From Eledone cirrhosa (Eukaryota), in contig OZ024740.1 in assembly GCA_964016885.1 (NCBI GenBank), forward strand, positions 30,566,001-30,630,000: a stretch of 64,000 bases of DNA, in the 5' to 3' direction. Numbering within the stretch: position 1 is the stretch's first letter; every line of letters begins with the position of its first letter. This document shows positions 1-15,000 of this stretch, one piece after another. Both the position numbers and the translations under genes were made by a program. Below the pieces are notes generated by a model. The model searched no databases. It was given only the letters and a program-made list of their open reading frames with translations, and was not told the origin of the DNA.

Positions 1-2829
1 CTATAGACACTATCACAATAATGTTGTTGACTGCTATAGACATTATCACAATAGTGTTGTTGACTACTATAGACATTATCACAATAGTGTTGTTGACTAC
101 TATAGACTTTATCAACATAGTGTTGTTGACTACTATAGACATTATCACAATAGTGTGTTGACTACTATACACATTTTCACAATAGTGTTGTTGAATACTA
201 TAGACATTATCACAATAGTGTTGTTGATTACTATAGACATTATCATAATAATGTTGTTGACTACTATAGACATTATCACAATAGTGTGTTGACTATTATA
301 GACATTATTACAATAGTGATGTTGTCTACTATAGACATTATCACAATAATGTGTTGACTAGTATAGACATTATCACAATAATGTGTTGACTACTATAGAC
401 ATTATCTCAATATTGTGTTGACTATTATAGACATTATTACAATAGTGATGTTGTCTACTATAGACATTATCACAATAGTGTTGTTGTCTACTCTAGACAT
501 TATCACAATAGTGTTGACTAGTATACACATTATCAAAATATTGTGTTGACTACTATAGACATTACCACAATAGTGTTGTTGACTACTATAGACATTATCA
601 CAATAATGCGTTGACTACTATAGACATTATCACAATAGTATTGTTGACTACTATAGACATTATCATAACAATGTTGTTGACTGATATAGACATTATCACA
701 ATAGTGTTGTTGCCTACTATAGACATTATCACAATAGTGTCTTGACTATTATAGACATTATTACAATAGTGATGTTGTCTACTATAGACATTATCACAAT
801 AGTGTTGTTGTCTACTATAGACATTATCACAATAATGTGTTCAGTACTATAGACATTATCACAATAGTGTGTTGACTACTATAGACATTATCAAAATAGT
901 GTGTTGACTACTATAGACATTACCACTATAGTGTTGTTGACTACTATAGATATTATCACAATAATGTGTTGACTATTATAGACATTATCACAATAGTGTT
1001 GTTGACTACTATAGACATTATCATAATAATGTTGTTGACTGATATAGACATTATGACAATAGTGTCGTTGCCTACTATAGAAATTATCACAATAGTGTCT
1101 TGACTACTATAGACCTTATCAAAATAATGTTGTTGACAACTATAGACATCATCACAATAGTGTGTTGACTACTATAGACATTATCACAATAGTGTTGTTG
1201 ACTACTATAGACATTATCACAATAGTGTGTCGACTACTATAGACCTTATCACAATAGTGTGTTGAGTACTATAGACATTATCACAATAGTGTTATGACAA
1301 CTATAGACATTATAACAATAATGTTGTTGACTACTATAGACATTATCACAATAGTGTGTCGACTACTATAGACATTATCACAATAGTGTGTTGACTACTA
1401 TAGACATTATAACAAAAAATGTTGTTGACTACTATAGACATTATCACGATAGTGTGTTGACTACTATAGACATTATAATAATAATGTTGTTGACTGCTAT
1501 AGACATTATCACGATAGTGTGTTGACTACTATAGACATTATCACCATAGTGTGTTGAATACTATAGACATTATCACAATAGAGTTGTTGACTACTATAGA
1601 CATTATCACACTAGTGTTGTTGACTACTATAGACATTATTACAATAATGTTGTTGACTACTATAGGCATTATCACAATAATGCTGTTGCCTACTATAGAC
1701 ATTATCACAATAGTGTTGTTGACTACTATAGACATTATCATAATAGTGTTGTTGACTACTACAATCATTATCACAATAGTTGTTGTCTACTATAGACATT
1801 ATCACAATAGTGTGTAGTCAAATATAGACATTATCACAATAGTGTGTTGAATACTATAGACATTATCACAATAGTGTTGTTGACTACTATAGACATTATC
1901 ACAATAGTGTGTCCACTACTATAGACCTTATCACAATAGTGTGTTGAGTACTATAGACATTATCACAATAGTGTTATGACAACTATAGACATTATAACAA
2001 TAATGTTGTTGAATACTATAGGCATTATGACGATGGTATTATTGCCTACTATAGACATTATCATAATAGTGTGTTGACTACTATAGACATTATAACAAAT
2101 AATGTTGTTGACTACTATAGACATTATCACGATAGTGTGTTGACTACTACAGACGTTATCATAATAATGTTGTAGACTACTATAGACATTATCATAATAG
2201 TGTGTTGACTACTATAGACATTATAACAAATAACGTTGTTGACTACTATAGACATTATCACGATAGTGTGTTGACTACTATAGACATTATCATAATAATG
2301 TTGTTGACTGCTATAGACATTATCACAATAATGTTGTTGACTACTATAGACATTATCACAATAATGCTGTTGCCTACTATAGACATTATCACAATAGTGT
2401 GTTGACTACTATAGACATTATCACCATAGTGTGTTGAATACTATAGACATTATCACAATAGAGTTGTTGACTACTATAGACATTATCACACTAGTGTTGT
2501 TGATTACTATAGACATTATCACAATAGTGTGTTGACTACTATAGACATTATCACAATAGTGTGTTGACTACTATAGACATTATCACAATAGTGTGTTGAC
2601 TAATATAGACATTATGACCATAGTGTGTTTACTACTATAGACATTATTACAAAAGTGTTGTTGACTGCTATAGACATTATCACGATAGTGTGTTGACTAT
2701 TATAGACATTGTCACAATAGTGTGTTTATTACTATAGACATTATCATAATAGTGTGTTGAGTGCTATAGACATTATCATAATAATGTTGTTGACTGCTAT
2801 AGACATTATCACAATAGTGTGTTGACTAC

Positions 2830-5800
2830 TATAGACATTATCACAATAGTGTGTTGAGTACTATAGACATTATCACAATAGTGTTATGACAACTATAGAC
2901 ATTATAACAATAATGTTGTTGAATACTATAGGCATTATGACAATGGTATTATTGCCTACTATAGACCTTATCATAATAGTGTGTTGAATACTATAGACAT
3001 TATAACAAATAATGTTGTTGACTACTATAGACATTATCACGATAGTGTGTTGACTACTATAGACATTATCATAATAATGTTGTTGACTGCTATAGACATT
3101 ATCACAATAGTGTGTTGACTACTATAGACATTATCACCATAGTGTGTTGAATACTATAGACATTATCACAATAGAGTTGTTGACTACTATAGACATTATC
3201 ACATTAGTGTTGTTGCCTACTATAGACATTATTACCATAATGTTGTTGACTACTATAGATATTATCACAATAATGCTGTTGCCTACTATAGACATTATCA
3301 CAATAGTGTTGTTGACTACTATAGACATTATCACAATAATGTTGTTGACTACTATAGTCATTATCACAATAGTGTGTTGACTACTATAGACATTATCACA
3401 ATAGTGTGTAGTCAAATATAGACATTATCACAATAGTGTGTTGAATACTATAGACATTATCACAATAGTGTGTTGACTACTATAGACATCATAACCATAA
3501 TGTTGTCGACTACTATAGACATTATCACAATAATATTGTTGACTACTATAGACATTATCACGATAGTGTCGTTGACTACTATAGACCTTATGACAATAGT
3601 ATTGTTGACTACTATAGACATTATCACAATAGTGTTGTTGACTACTATAGACATTATCACAATAGTGTGTTGACTACTATAGACATTATTACGATAGTTT
3701 TGTTGACTACTATAGACATTATCACAATAGTGTTGTTGACAACTCTAGACATTATCAAAATAGTGTGTTGACTACTATAGACATTATCACAATAGTGTTA
3801 TTGACTACTATAGACATTATCACGATAGTGTTGTTGACTACTATAGACATTATCACAATAGTGTTGTTGACTACTATAGACATTATCACAATAGTGTTAT
3901 TGACTACTATAGACATTATCACAATAGCGTTGTTGACTACTATAGACATTATCACAATAGTTTGTTGACTACTATAGAAATTATAACAATAATGTTGTTG
4001 ACTACTATAGACATTATCACAATTTTATTGTTGACTACTATAGACATTATCACAATAGTGTTGTTGACTACTATAGACATTATGACAATAGTATTGTTGA
4101 CTACTATAGACATTATCACAATAGTGTGTTGACTACTATAGACATTATCACAATAGAGTTGTTGACTACTATAGACTTTATCACAATAATGTTGTTGACT
4201 ACTATAGACATTATCACAATAGTTTTGTTGACTACTATAGACATTATAACAAGAATGATGTTGACTACTATAGACATTATCACGATAGTGTGTTGAATAT
4301 TATAGACATTATCATAATAATGTTGTTGACTGCTATAGATATTATCACAATAGTGTGTTGACTACTATAGACATTATCACCATAGTGTGTTGAATACTAT
4401 AGACATTATCACAATAGAGTTGTTGATTACTATAGATATTATCACACTAGTGTTGTTGACTACTATAGACATTATCACAATAATGTTGTTGACTACTATA
4501 GACATTATCACAATAATGCTGTTGCCTACTATAGACATTATCACAATAGTGATGTTGACTACTATAGACCTTATGACAATAGTGTTGTTGACTACTATAG
4601 TCATTATCACAATAGTGTGTTGACTACTATAGACATTATCACAATAGTGTGTAGTCAAATATAGACATTATCACAATAGTGTGTTGAATACTATAGACAT
4701 TATCACAATAGTGTGTTGAGTACTATAGACATTATCACAATAGTATTATGACAACTATAGACATTATAACAATAATGTTGTTGAATACTATAGGCATTAT
4801 GACAATGGTATTATTGCCTACTATAGACCTTATCATAATAGTGTGTTGAATACTATAGACATTATAACAAATAATGTTGTTGACTACTACAGACATTATC
4901 ACGATAGTGTGTTGACTACTATAGACATTATCATAATAATGTTGTTGACTGCTATAGACATTATCACAATAGTGTGTTGACTACTATAGACATTATCACC
5001 ATAGTGTGTTGAATACTATAGACATTATCACAATAGAGTTGTTGACTACTATAGACATTATCACATTAGTGTTGTTGCCTACTATAGACATTATTACCAT
5101 AATGTTGTTGACTACTATAGATATTATCACAATAATGCTGTTGCCTACTATAGACATTATCACAATAGTGTTGTTGACTACTATAGACATTATCACAATA
5201 ATGTTGTTGACTACTATAGTCATTATCACAATAGTGTGTTGACTACTATAGACATTATCACAATAGTGTGTAGTCAAATATAGACATTATCTCAATAGTG
5301 TGTTGAATACTATAGACATTATCACAATAGTGTGTTGACTACTATAGACATTATAACCATAATGTCGTCGACTACTATAGACATTATCACAATAATATTG
5401 TTGACTACTATAGACATTATCACGATAGTGTCGTTGACTACTATAGACCTTATGACAATAGTATTGTTGACTACTATAGACATTATCACTATAGTGTTGT
5501 TGACTACTATAGACATTATCACAATAGTGTGTTGACTACTATAGACATTATTACGATAGTTTTGTTGACTACTATAGACATTATCACAATAGTGTTGTTG
5601 ACAACTCTAGACATTATCAAAATAGTGTGTTGACTACTATAGACATTATCACAATAGTGTTATTTACTACTATAGACATTATCACGATAGTGTTGTTGAC
5701 TACTATAGACATTATCACAATAGTGTTGTTGACTACTATAGACATTATCACAATAGCGTTGTTGACTACTATAGACATTATCACAATAGTTTGTTGACTA

Positions 5801-6100
5801 CTATAGAAATTATAACAATAATGTTGTTGACTACTATAGACATTATCACAATTTTATTGTTGACTACTATAGACATTATCACAATAGTGTTGTTGACTAC
5901 TATAGACATTATGACAATAGTATTGTTGACAACTATAGACATTATCACAATAGTGTGTTGACGACTATAGACATTATCACAATAGAGTTGTTGACTACTA
6001 TAGACTTTATCACAATAATGTTGTTGACTACTATAGACATTATCACAATAGTTTTGTTGACTACTATAGACATTATAACAAGAATGTTGTTGACTACTAT
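2830..6100. repeat. Higher-order near-identical duplication in the satellite, offset 1862 bp (boundaries approximate)
   Basis: Identical ORFs at 3134 and 4996, near-identical ORFs at 3460 and 5322 (both offset 1862). The rare variant GTAGTCAAATATAGAC recurs at ~3408 and ~5270. Confidence 0.8.
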
Positions 6101-8940
6101 AGACATTATCACGATAGTGTGTTGACTAATATAGTCATTATCATAATAATGTTGTTGACTGCTATAGACATTATCACAATTGTGTGTTGACTACTATAGA
6201 CATTATCACCATAGTGTGTTGAATACTATAGACATTATCACAATAGAGTTGTTGATTACTATAGATATTTTCACACTAGTGTTGTTAACTACTATAGACA
6301 TTATCACAATAATGTTGTTGACTACTATAGACATTATCACAATAATGCTGTTGCCTACTATAGACATTATCACAATAGTGATGTTGACTACTATAGACCT
6401 TATGAGAATAGTGTTGTTGACTACTATAGTCATTATCACAATAGTGTGTTGACTACTATAGACATCATCACAATAGTGTGTAGTCTAATATAGACATTAT
6501 CGCAATAGTGTGTTGACTACTATAGACATTATCACAATAGTGTGTTGACTACTATAGACATTATAACGATAATGTTGTTGACTACTATAGACATTATCAC
6601 AATAATATTGTTGACTACTATACACATTATCACAATAGTGTCGTTGACTACTATAGACATTATCACAATAGTATTGTTGACTACTATAGACATTATCACA
6701 ATAGTGTTGTTGACTACTATAGACATAATCACAATAGTGTGTTGACTAGTATAGACATTATCACAATAGTGTTGTTGACTACTATAGACATTATTACAAT
6801 AGTTTGTTGTCTACTATAGACATTATCACAATAGTGTTGCTGACAACTCTAGACATTATCAAAATAGTGTGTTGACTACTATAGACATTATCACAATAGT
6901 GTTGTTGACTACTATAGACATTATCACAATAGTGTGTTGACTACTATAGACATAATCACAATAGTGTGTTGACTACTATAGACATTATCACAATAGTGTT
7001 ATTGACTACTATAGACATTATCACAATAGCGTTGTTGACTACTATAGACATTATCACAATAGTGTGTTGACTATTATAGAAATTATAACAATAATGTTGT
7101 TGACTACTATAGAAATTATAACAATAATGTTGTTGACTACTATAGACATTATCACAAGAGTGTTGTTTACTACTATACACGTTATGACAATAGTATTGTT
7201 GACTACTATAGACATTATCACAATAGTGTGTTGACTACTATAGACATTATCACAATACTGTGTTGACTACTATAGATATTATAACAATAATGTTGTTGAC
7301 TACTCTCCACATTATCACAATAGTGTTGTTGACTACTATAGATATTATCATAATAATGTTGTTGACTGCTATAGACATTATTACAATAGTGTTGTTGACT
7401 GCTATAGACATTATCACAATAGTGTGTTGACTACTATAGACATTATCATAATAGTGTGTTGACTACTATAGACATTATCATAATAATGTTGTTGATTACT
7501 ATAGACATTATCACAATAGTGTGTGGACTACTATAGACATTATCACCATAGTGTGTTGACTACTTTAGACATTATCACAATAGTGTTGTTGACTACTATA
7601 GACATTATCACCATAGTGTGTTGACTACTTTAGACATTATCACAATAGTGTGTTGACTACTATAGACATTATCACAATAGTTTTGTTGAATACTATAGAC
7701 ATTATCACAATAATGTTGTTGGCTACTATAGACATTTTCACAATAATGCTGTTGCTAACTATAGACATTATCATAGTAGTGTTGTTGACTACTATAGACA
7801 TCATCACAATAGTGTTGTTGACTACTATAGACATTATCACAATAGTGTGTTGACTACTATAGACATTATCACAATAGTGTGTATACTACTATCGACATTA
7901 TCACTTTAGTGTGTTGACTACTATAGACATTATCACAATAGTGTCTTGACTACTATAGACATTATCACAATAGTGTCTTGACTACTATATACATTATCAC
8001 AATAGTGTTGTTGACTACTATAGACATTATCACAATAATGTGTTGACTACTATAGACATTATCACAATAGTGTCTTGACTACGATAGACATGATCAAAAT
8101 AGTGTTTTGACTACTATAGACATTATCACAATTGTGTGTCAACTACTATAGACCTTATCACAATAGTGTGTCAACTACTATAGACATTATCACAATAGAG
8201 TTGTTGACTACTATAGACTTTATCACAATAGTGTTGTTGACTAATATAGCCATTATCACAATAGTGTGTTGACTACAATAGACATTATCACAATAGTGTT
8301 GTTGACTACTATAGACATTATCACAATAGTGATGTTGACTACTATAGACATTATCACAATAGTGTTGTTGACTACTATAGACATTATCACAATAGTGTTG
8401 TTGACTACTATAGACATTATCACAATAGTGTGTTGACTACTATAGACATTATGTCAATAGTATTTTTGACTACTATAGACATTATGACAATAGTGTGTTG
8501 ACTACTATAGACATTATAACAATAATTTTGTTGACTAATATAGACATTATCACAATAGTGTGTTGACTACAATAGACATTATCACAATAGTGTTGTTGAC
8601 TCCTATAGACATTAGCACAGTAATGTGTTGACTACTATAGACATTATCATAATAATGTTATTGACTACTATAGACATTATCACAATAGTGTTGTTGCCTA
8701 CTATAGACATTATCACAATAGCGTTGTTGACTACTATAGACATTATGACAATAATACATTGACTACTATAGACATTATGACAATAATGTGTTGACTACTA
8801 TAGACATTATGCAAATAATGTGTAGACTACTATAGACATTATCACAATCGTATTGTTGACTACTATAGACATTATCACAATAATGTGTTGACTCCTATAG
8901 ACATTATCACAATAGTGTGTTGACTACTATCGACATCCCA

Positions 8941-9040
8941 ATAATTGCTTCTAATTTATGCCAAAGACCAGCAATTACCCAATACGTTACTGGTACTTTA
9001 TTTTGTCGACCCCGTAAGCATGAAAGTCAAAGTTAACCTG
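8941..9040 (-). mobile_element. SINE fragment (3' part with conserved central domain) inserted in the satellite
   Basis: Non-satellite 100 bp that aligns with 57577-57681 (CCAGCAATTACCCA...TTACTGGTACTTTATTTT.TCGACCCCGTAAG.ATGAAAG.CAAAGT.AACCT). The motif resembles an abundant tRNA-derived SINE recalled from Octopus genomes; not database-verified. Confidence 0.75.
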
Positions 9041-12000
9041 CAATAATGTTGCTGACTACTATAGAGATTATGACAATAATGTGTTGACTACTATAAACAT
9101 TATCACGATAGTGTTGTTGACTACTATAAACATTATCACAATAATGTTGCTGACTACTATAGACATTATCACAATAGTGTTGTTGACTATTATAGACATT
9201 CTCACAATAGCGTGTTGACTACTATAGACATTATTATAGTAATGTGTTGACTGCTATAGACATTATCACAATAGTGTGTCGACTACTATAGACATTATCA
9301 CAATAGTGTTGTTGACTACTATAGACCTTATCACAATAGTGTTGTTGACTACTATAGACATTATTACAATAGTGTTGTTGACTACTATAGACATTATCAC
9401 AGTAGTGTTTTTGACTACTATAGACATTATCACAATGGTGTGTTGACTGCTATTGACACTATCACAATAATGTTGTTGACTACTATAGACATAATCACAA
9501 TAGTGTGTTGACTACTATAGACATTATCACAATAGTGTTGTTGACTACTATAGACATTATCACAATAGTGTGTTGACTACTATAGACATTATCACAATAA
9601 TGTTGTTGACTACTATAGACATTATCACAATAGTGTTGTTGACTACTATAGACATTATCACAATAGTGTTGTTGACTACTATATACATTATCACAATAAT
9701 GTGTTGACTCCCATAGACATTATCACAATAGTGTGTTGACTAATATAGACATGATCACAATAGTGTGTTGACTGCTATAGATATTATCACAATAGTGTTG
9801 TTGACTACTATAGACATTATCAGAATAGTGTGTTGACTACTATAGACATTATCACAATAGTGTGTTGACTACTATAGATATTTATCAGAATAATGTTGTT
9901 GACTACTATAGACATTATCACAATAGTGTTGTTGACTACTATAGACATTATTATAGTAATGTGTTGACTGCTATAGATATTATCACAATAGTGTGTTGAC
10001 TATTATAGACATTATGTCCATAGTGTGTTGACTACTATAGACATTATCACAAAAGTGTTGTTGACTACTATAGACATTATCACAAAATGGTTGTTGACTA
10101 CTATAGACATTATCATAATAACGTTGTTGACTGCTATAGACATTATCACAATAGTGTGTTGACTACTATAGACATTATCACAATAGTGTGTTGACTAATA
10201 TAGACATTATGACCATAGTGTGTTTACTACTATAGACATTATCACAAAAGTGTTGTTGACTGCTATAGACATTATCACAATAGTGTGTTGACTACTATAG
10301 ACATTATCACAATAGTGTGTTGATTACTATAGACATTATCATAATAATGTTGTTGACTACTATAGACATTATCACAATAGTGTGTTGACTACTATAGACA
10401 TTATCATAATAATGTTGTTGACTGCTATAGACATTATCACAATAGTGTGTTGACTACTATAGACATTATCACAATAGTGTGTTGACTACTATAGACATTA
10501 TCACAATAGTGTGTTGACTAATATAGACAGTATGTCCATAGTGTGTTGACTTCTATAGACATTATCACAAAAGTGTTGTTGACTACTATAAAACATTATC
10601 ACAATAGTGTTGTTGACTACTATAGACATTATCATAATAATGTTGTTGACTGCTATAGACATTATCACAATAGTGTGTTGACTACTATAGACATTATCAC
10701 AATAGTGTTGTTGACTACTATAGATATTATTACAATAATGTGTTGACTAATATAGACATTATCACAATAATGTTGTTGACTACTATAGACATTATCACAA
10801 AAGTGTTGTTGACTGCTATAGATATTATCACAATAGTGTTGTTGACTACTATAGACATTATCACAATAGTGTGTTGACTGCTACAGAATTTATCACAATA
10901 GTGTTGTTGACTACTATAGACATTATCACAATAGTGTGTTGACTACTATAGACATTATCACAATAGTGTGTTGACTACTATAGACTTTATCATAATAATG
11001 TTGTTGACTACTATAGACATTATCACAATAGTGTGTTGACTACTATAGACATTATCATTATAATGTTGTTGACTGCTATAGACATTATCACAATAGTGTG
11101 TTGACTACTATAGACATTTTCACAATAGTGTTGTTGACTACTATGGACATTATCACAATAGTGTTGTTGACTACTATAGACATTATCACAATAGTGTGTT
11201 GACTGCTATAGACATTATCACAATAGTGTGTTGACTAATATAGACATTATGACCATAGTGTGTTGACTACTATAGACATTATCACAAAAGTGTTGTTGAC
11301 TACTATAGACATTATCACAAAGTGTTGTTGACTACTATAGACATTATCATAATAATGTTGTTGACTGCTATAGACATTATCACTATAGTGCGTTGACTAC
11401 TATAGACATTATCACAATAGTGTTGTTGACTACTATAGACATTATCACAATAGAGTGTTGACTACTATAGACATTATCAGAATAGTGCTGTTGACTACTG
11501 TAGACATTATCACAAAAGTGTTGTTGACTACTATAGACATTATCATAATAATGTTGTTGACTGCTATAGACATTATCACTATAGTGCGTTGACTACTATA
11601 GACATTATCACAATAGTGTTGTTGACTACTATAGACATTATCACAATAGAGTGTTGACTACTATAGACATTATCACAATAATGCGTTGATTACTATAGAC
11701 ATTATCATAATAATGTTGTTGACTACTATAAACATTATCACAATAGTGTGTTGACTACTATAGAAATTATCACAATAGTGTTGTTGACTACTATAGACAT
11801 TATCACAATAGTGTGTTGACTACTGTAGACATTATCACAATAATGTGTTTACTACTATAGACATTATCACAATAGTGTTGTTGACTACTATAGACATTAT
11901 CACAATAGTGTTGTTGACAACTCTAGACATTACCACAATAGTGTGTTGACTACTATAGATATTATCACAATTGTGTTGTTGATTACTATAGACATTATCA

Positions 12001-15000
12001 CAATAATGTTGTTGACTTCTATAGACATTATCACAATTGTGTTGTTGATTACTATAGACATTATCACAATAGTGGTGTTGGCTACTATAGATATTATCAC
12101 AATAGTGTGTTGACTACTATCGACATTATGACAGCAATGTTGTTGACTACTATAGACATTATCACAATAATGTTGTTGACTACTCTAGACATTATCACAA
12201 TAATGTTGTTGACTACTATAGACATTATCACAATAATGTTGTTGACTACTGTTGACATTATCATAATAATGTAGTTGACTCCCATAGACATCATCACAAT
12301 AGTGTGTTGATTACTATAGAGATTATCATAATAATATTGTTGACTACTATAGACATTATCACAATAGTGTATTGACTACTATAGACATTATCACAAAAGT
12401 GTTGTTGACTACTATAGACATTATCACAATAGTGTTGTTGACTACTATAGACATTATCACAATAATGTGTTGACTAATATAGACATTATCACAATAATGT
12501 TGTTGACTACTATAGACATTATCAGAATAGTGTTGTTTACTACTATAGACATTATCACAATAGTGTTGTTGACTACTATAGACATTATCACAATAGTGTG
12601 TTGACTACTATAGACATTATCCCAATAGTGTTGTTGACAACTCTAGACATTATCACAATAGTGTGTTGACTACTATAGACATTATCACAATAATGTTGTT
12701 GACTACTATAGACATTATCACAATAGTGTTGTTGACTACTATAGACATTATCACAATAGTGTTGTTGACTACTATAGACATTATCACAATAATGTGTTGA
12801 CTGCCATAGACATTATCACAATAGTGTGTTGACTAATATAGACATGATCACAATAGTGTGTTGACTGCTATAGATATTATCACAATAGTGTTGTTGACTA
12901 CTATAGACATTATAAGAATAGTGTGTTGACTACTATAGACATTATCACAATAGTGTGTTGACTACTATAGACATTATTATAGTAATGTGTTGACTGCTAT
13001 AGACATTAACACAATAGTGTGTTGACTAATATAGACATTATGACCATAGTGTGTTGACTACTATAGACATTATCACAAAAGTGTTGTTGACTACTATAGA
13101 CATTTTCACAAAAGTGTTGTTGACTACTATAGACATTATCACAAATGGGTTGTTGACTACTATAGACATTATCACAATAGTGTGTTGACTACTATAGACA
13201 TTATCACAATAGTGTATTGAATAATATAGACATTATGACCGCAGTGTGTTCGACTACTATAGACATTATCACAATAGTGTGTTGACTACTATAGACATTA
13301 TCACAATAGTGTTGTTGACTACTATAGACATTATCACAATAGTGTTGTTGTCTACCATAGACATTATCACAAAAGTGTTGTTGACGACTATCGACGTTAT
13401 CATAATAATATTGTTGACTGCTATAGACATTATCACAATAGTGTGTTGACTACTATAGACTTTATCACAAGAGTGTGTTGACTACTATAGACATTATCAT
13501 AATAATGTTGTTGACTACTATATACATTATCACAATAGTGTGTTGACTAATATAGACATTATGACCATAGTGTTTTGACTACTATAGACATTATCACAAA
13601 AGTGTTGTTGACTACTATAGACATTATCACAATAGTGTTGTTGACTACTATAGACATTATCACAATAATGTGTTGACTAATATAGACATTATCACAATAA
13701 TGTTGTTGACTACTATAGACATTATCATAATAGTGATGTTGACTACTATAGACATCATCACAAAAGGGTTGTTGACTATTATAGACATTATCACAATAGT
13801 GTGTTGACTAATATAGACATTATCAAAATAGTGCTGTTGACTACTATAGACATTATCACAATAGTGTTGTTGACTACTATAGACATTATCACAATTGTGT
13901 GTTGACTACTATAGACATTATCACAATAATGTGTTGACTACTATAGACATTATCATAATAATCTTGATGACTACTATAGATATTATCACGATAGCGTGTT
14001 TACTACTATAGAAATAATCACAATAGTGTGTTGACTGCTATAGACATTACCACAATAGTTTTGTTGACTACTATAGGCATTATCACAATATCGTTGTTGA
14101 CAACTCTAGACATTATCACAATAGTGTGTTGACTACTATAGACATTATCACAATCATGTTGTTGACTACGATAGACATTATCACAATTGTGTTGTTGATT
14201 ACTATAGACATTATCACGATAGTATTGTTGACTACTATAGATATTATCACAATAGTGTGTTGACTACTATAGACATTATCACAATATTGTTGTTGACTAC
14301 CGTAGACATTATCGTAAAAATGTTGTTGACTGCTGTAGACATTATCACAATAGTGTGTTGACTACTATAGACATTATTATAGTAATGTGTTGACTGCTAT
14401 AGACATTATCACAATAGTGTGTTGACTAATATAGACATTATGACCATAGTGTGTTGACTACTATAGACATTATCACAAAAGTGTTGTTGACTACTATAGA
14501 CATCATTACAAAAGTGTTGTTGACTACTATAGACATTATAACAAAAGGGTTGTTGACTACTATAGACATTATCACAATAGTGTGTTGACTACTATAGACA
14601 TTATCACAATAGTGTGTTGACTAATATAGCATTATGACCATAGTGTGTTTACTACTATAGACATTATCACAAAAGTGTTGTTGAGTGCTATAGACATTAT
14701 CACAATAGTGTGTTGACTACTATAGACATTATCACAAAAGTGTTGTTGACTACTATAGACATTATCACAAAAGGGTTGTTGACTGCTATAGACATTATCG
14801 TAATAATGTTGTTGACTACTATGTACATTATCACAATAGTGTGTTGACTAATATAGACATTATAACCATAGTGTGTTGACTACTATAGACATTATCACAA
14901 TAATGTTGTTGACTACTATAGACATTATCACAATAATGTGTTGACTAATATAGACATTATCACAATAATGTTGTTGACTACTATAGACATTATCACAATA

